A stretch of DNA of 62,802 bases, counting the filler, from Rhabdomonas costata (Eukaryota): the NCBI GenBank assembly GCA_019059605.1. It is 27 parts of 27 records of this genome, joined end to end, with 100 filler letters (N's around TTAATTAATTAA, not from the genome) between each part and the next. Parts side by side here need not be neighbours in the genome. Positions count along the whole stretch, not along the records: positions 58,252 to 60,478 come from JAHMHO010004706.1; positions 60,579 to 62,802 come from JAHMHO010004707.1; 25 more parts are not named here. One strand, given 5' to 3'. Shown in pieces: positions 60,476-62,802 of this stretch (position 1 is the stretch's first letter; the number at the start of each line of letters is the position of its first letter). The notes beneath the pieces were generated by a model. It ran no database searches, was not told the DNA's origin, and was given only the letters and a program-made list of their open reading frames with translations. The position numbers and the translations under genes were made by a program.

Positions 60476-61599
60476 ACCNNNNNNNNNNNNNNNNNNNNNN
60501 NNNNNNNNNNNNNNNNNNNNNNTTAATTAATTAANNNNNNNNNNNNNNNNNNNNNNNNNNNNNNNNNNNNNNNNNNNNTTGTGGACCCGGGTAGGGCGAG
60601 AATGGAGAATGTTTTTAGAGACGTTAAAAAGGCGGCTCCAAGCGAAGACGTGGGGAACCATCGGTGGGGAATATTCTAGCAGTGGAAATGTTGAAGTGGC
60701 ATTTCCCTTTTTGCCATCGGCAATTTGGGAATTGGATGAACCTTTTGTCGGATGTCCTTCACTATCATCATGAGATGTGCGCAAGCGGTGGTCCATTATC
60801 AAAAGAAAAGGCGATTGCAAAGAACCCACCACCCATTACCGAGGCTACGAATTGGGATGGTAGTATTTCACAAATGCGGGGCCCAATCGTCATGTAATTG
60901 GGGCGGTTCATAGATGAACTGGGCGGTAAATGCGGAATTGGATCTGATGCCATACGTTGTGTGTACAACGAGTTTCATTGGAGTACGGCGCTTTTGGCGG
61001 TGGCAATTCATACGGGAGGGGAATGTCAGCGGTGCCCATTCCACAGTTTCCATTATGGCTAACTTGAAGGCAAAGTATGGAAGTGCAAATTGTTTCGAAA
61101 TTGCCGCCTCGCCCCCTTCAGCCGCGATTATCAAGCAAAGCTGGCAATAGCAAGTTCCGTGATGTTTTCCGCCACTACAAAGCAACACTTTCTCACTTTC
61201 TCACACTCTCACTTTGTCTGATCAAATCTCGTTGTTATGAGCTCGGGATTTGGTGGTAAAGTGCCTGGCGCTCTCTACGCAAAACTTGCGCTGTGGTCCT
61301 GACAACATGACTGTGGACAAAATGCGCCTCTAGGTGTAGCTGTAGTGGTCCTGCCTCACGCCCCCACTAGTTCGACTGATGTTTAATCTTCTTAAATTCT
61401 AAATTCGCCCCTTTGAAAACGTAACTGGACCAAATAAGTCTTATATAATTCCCAATTCCCAATCTCTGTAAAACAGGCACAACATGCACGCTCTGGAATG
61501 GAACCGCGGCTAGAGTTCCCCAAAATTGACCTCTGAAAAAACTTCTCCTTGATCCCTGTTGAAGTGCGGATTGGGTGTCGATGCGTGGAGACGTCAACC

Positions 61600-62802
61600 A
61601 TCATGGGAAACAATTAAATTATGTGTGTCTACAGCTCCTAGACGGTAAATGAGATCTGTAACTTTTCATTATATTCCCATGCATCCTCGCTATCTGAACG
61701 CTGACATTAATCTAAGTGGAGTTAGCAGTGTTATCAGTGTGCTACTCCAGAGCAAGCGCGGAACAATTGGTGAATAAAATGGTGAAGAATGTGGCAGAAT
61801 CACAACTAGTTTACGTAAGAGGTCTCATTAGTGGTTTTGTAGTCCGATTCAGAACGGAGAGGTTTTGTACGAGTGTAGCTAAATTTTGTAAAATTTTGTA
61901 CGGATAACGACTAAATAAACCAGATTTTGCAGTGCTAAACCACAACAAACTTGCAGAGGTTTCCAACGATGTCAAAACTGACAAGCTGAAGGTGTTGGGT
62001 GCATAAAGATAAATCTACTTAAGAGTAAATGGCCACAAGCCTAAGATTTTGAAGTGACCAGTAGAGCCTCGACGTTTCACAGATTTGTGAGAGTGGATTA
62101 TTTTGGAGGAAAATGTTTTAGAATAGTTTACAAAGTAGTGTGTAGAGAGAACTTTCAGAAGTACTAGTAGAGTGGAATGGGAACACTAGTAGAGTGGAAT
62201 TTCAGTCATCTATTTTGCATTTACAGAGGAACAGAAGGGATGTTGTTTGTTACTCTCCTATTTTCCATACAATTAATGTTCCTAATGTTGTGTATTGGGA
62301 ACACAGAGTTAAAGCATTTATAGGATTCCTGAGCTTCATATACGTTTACAAGCCGTAAAGATTCAGTTTGCAGAGGTACCATTTGCAACAATGCCTCGTG
62401 GTGAGAGTAGCAAAAATGGAGAAGAACTATTCGTAGCCCATGTCGAGTACGTTTCTAATAGTAATCCAGTAGTGATGGGATAAGGTTTTGTCGATGCTTC
62501 AGCAGTATTATAATTTGATGCGCATTTGTGCCACGTTTTGGAGAGTAGGAAGTATTTATGACATTCAGGAGCTTCCGCAGTGTTTTATTTCAATATAACG
62601 TGTCCAAACACAGTCTTTATTGAAGCTGAGCCAAAGAAAGTTATTCCAGACCCACATGTCTCCACAGTATGGAAAGTGTCTGGGGGTTTCCAATTTGGTT
62701 CCGCTACTGTACACAAATGAGTGTGTTCAATATAACCATAAAATATTCTTGAGGATTTATTCTTAAGTTGCGTACGTGGACGACATTATAGCACACACAA
62801 AC
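61600..62802 (+). mobile_element. Decayed reverse-transcriptase (LINE-like) remnant
   Basis: AT-rich and stop-riddled. VAYVDDII at 62767-62790 is preceded by GGFQFGS (QGS-like) and FVDASA..FD (D..AFD-like), in canonical RT order. Confidence 0.5.

Noticed and set aside
60579..61200. Broken ORFs as a tyrosine recombinase
   Set aside because: No convincing R-H-R-Y motif set; left unassigned.
62163..62200. ACTAGTAGAGTGGAAT twice with a 6-nt spacer
   Set aside because: Two copies only; a local slippage duplication, not an array.
1..62802. G/T-start and C/A-end pieces as telomere-capped nanochromosomes
   Set aside because: There is no fixed repeat unit, ends cut through exons, and terminal bases mismatch their internal templates, which fits primer origin.

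Overview
This window is not one locus. It is 27 unrelated contigs of about 2.2 kb each, joined by 26 artificial 100-nt spacers (N44-TTAATTAATTAA-N44), so nothing can be inferred across a spacer. The DNA is nuclear DNA of an intron-rich, flagellated eukaryote. The IFT88 exon reads like trypanosomatid IFT88, which suggests a non-kinetoplastid euglenozoan (euglenid or diplonemid); this is an inference. Most contigs start with G/T-only bases and end with C/A-only bases, and three carry terminal fold-back copies, which points to whole-genome amplification with G/T primers. Recognisable gene pieces: an LRR surface-type protein, IFT88, a divergent eIF4E, a class-3 lipase, an adenylate-cyclase C-terminus, a CFAP96-like exon, an O-fucosyltransferase, a Cav/Nav-type channel repeat, an APH/EcKinase-like kinase, a PIP-box+FYRN protein and a kelch-like exon. 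There are also several hypothetical multi-exon genes, decayed LINE-like remnants and a dispersed repeat family. I found no rRNA, tRNA, spliced-leader gene or CRISPR array, and no convincing new multi-gene system. Best leads: a self-overlapping 2102-bp contig (circle or tandem array) carrying a Met/Gly/Ser-rich gene; an eIF4E lacking the cap-stacking Trp; a channel with a charge-depleted S4; and a CTCGCTACGCTCG motif shared by two repeat-like regions.
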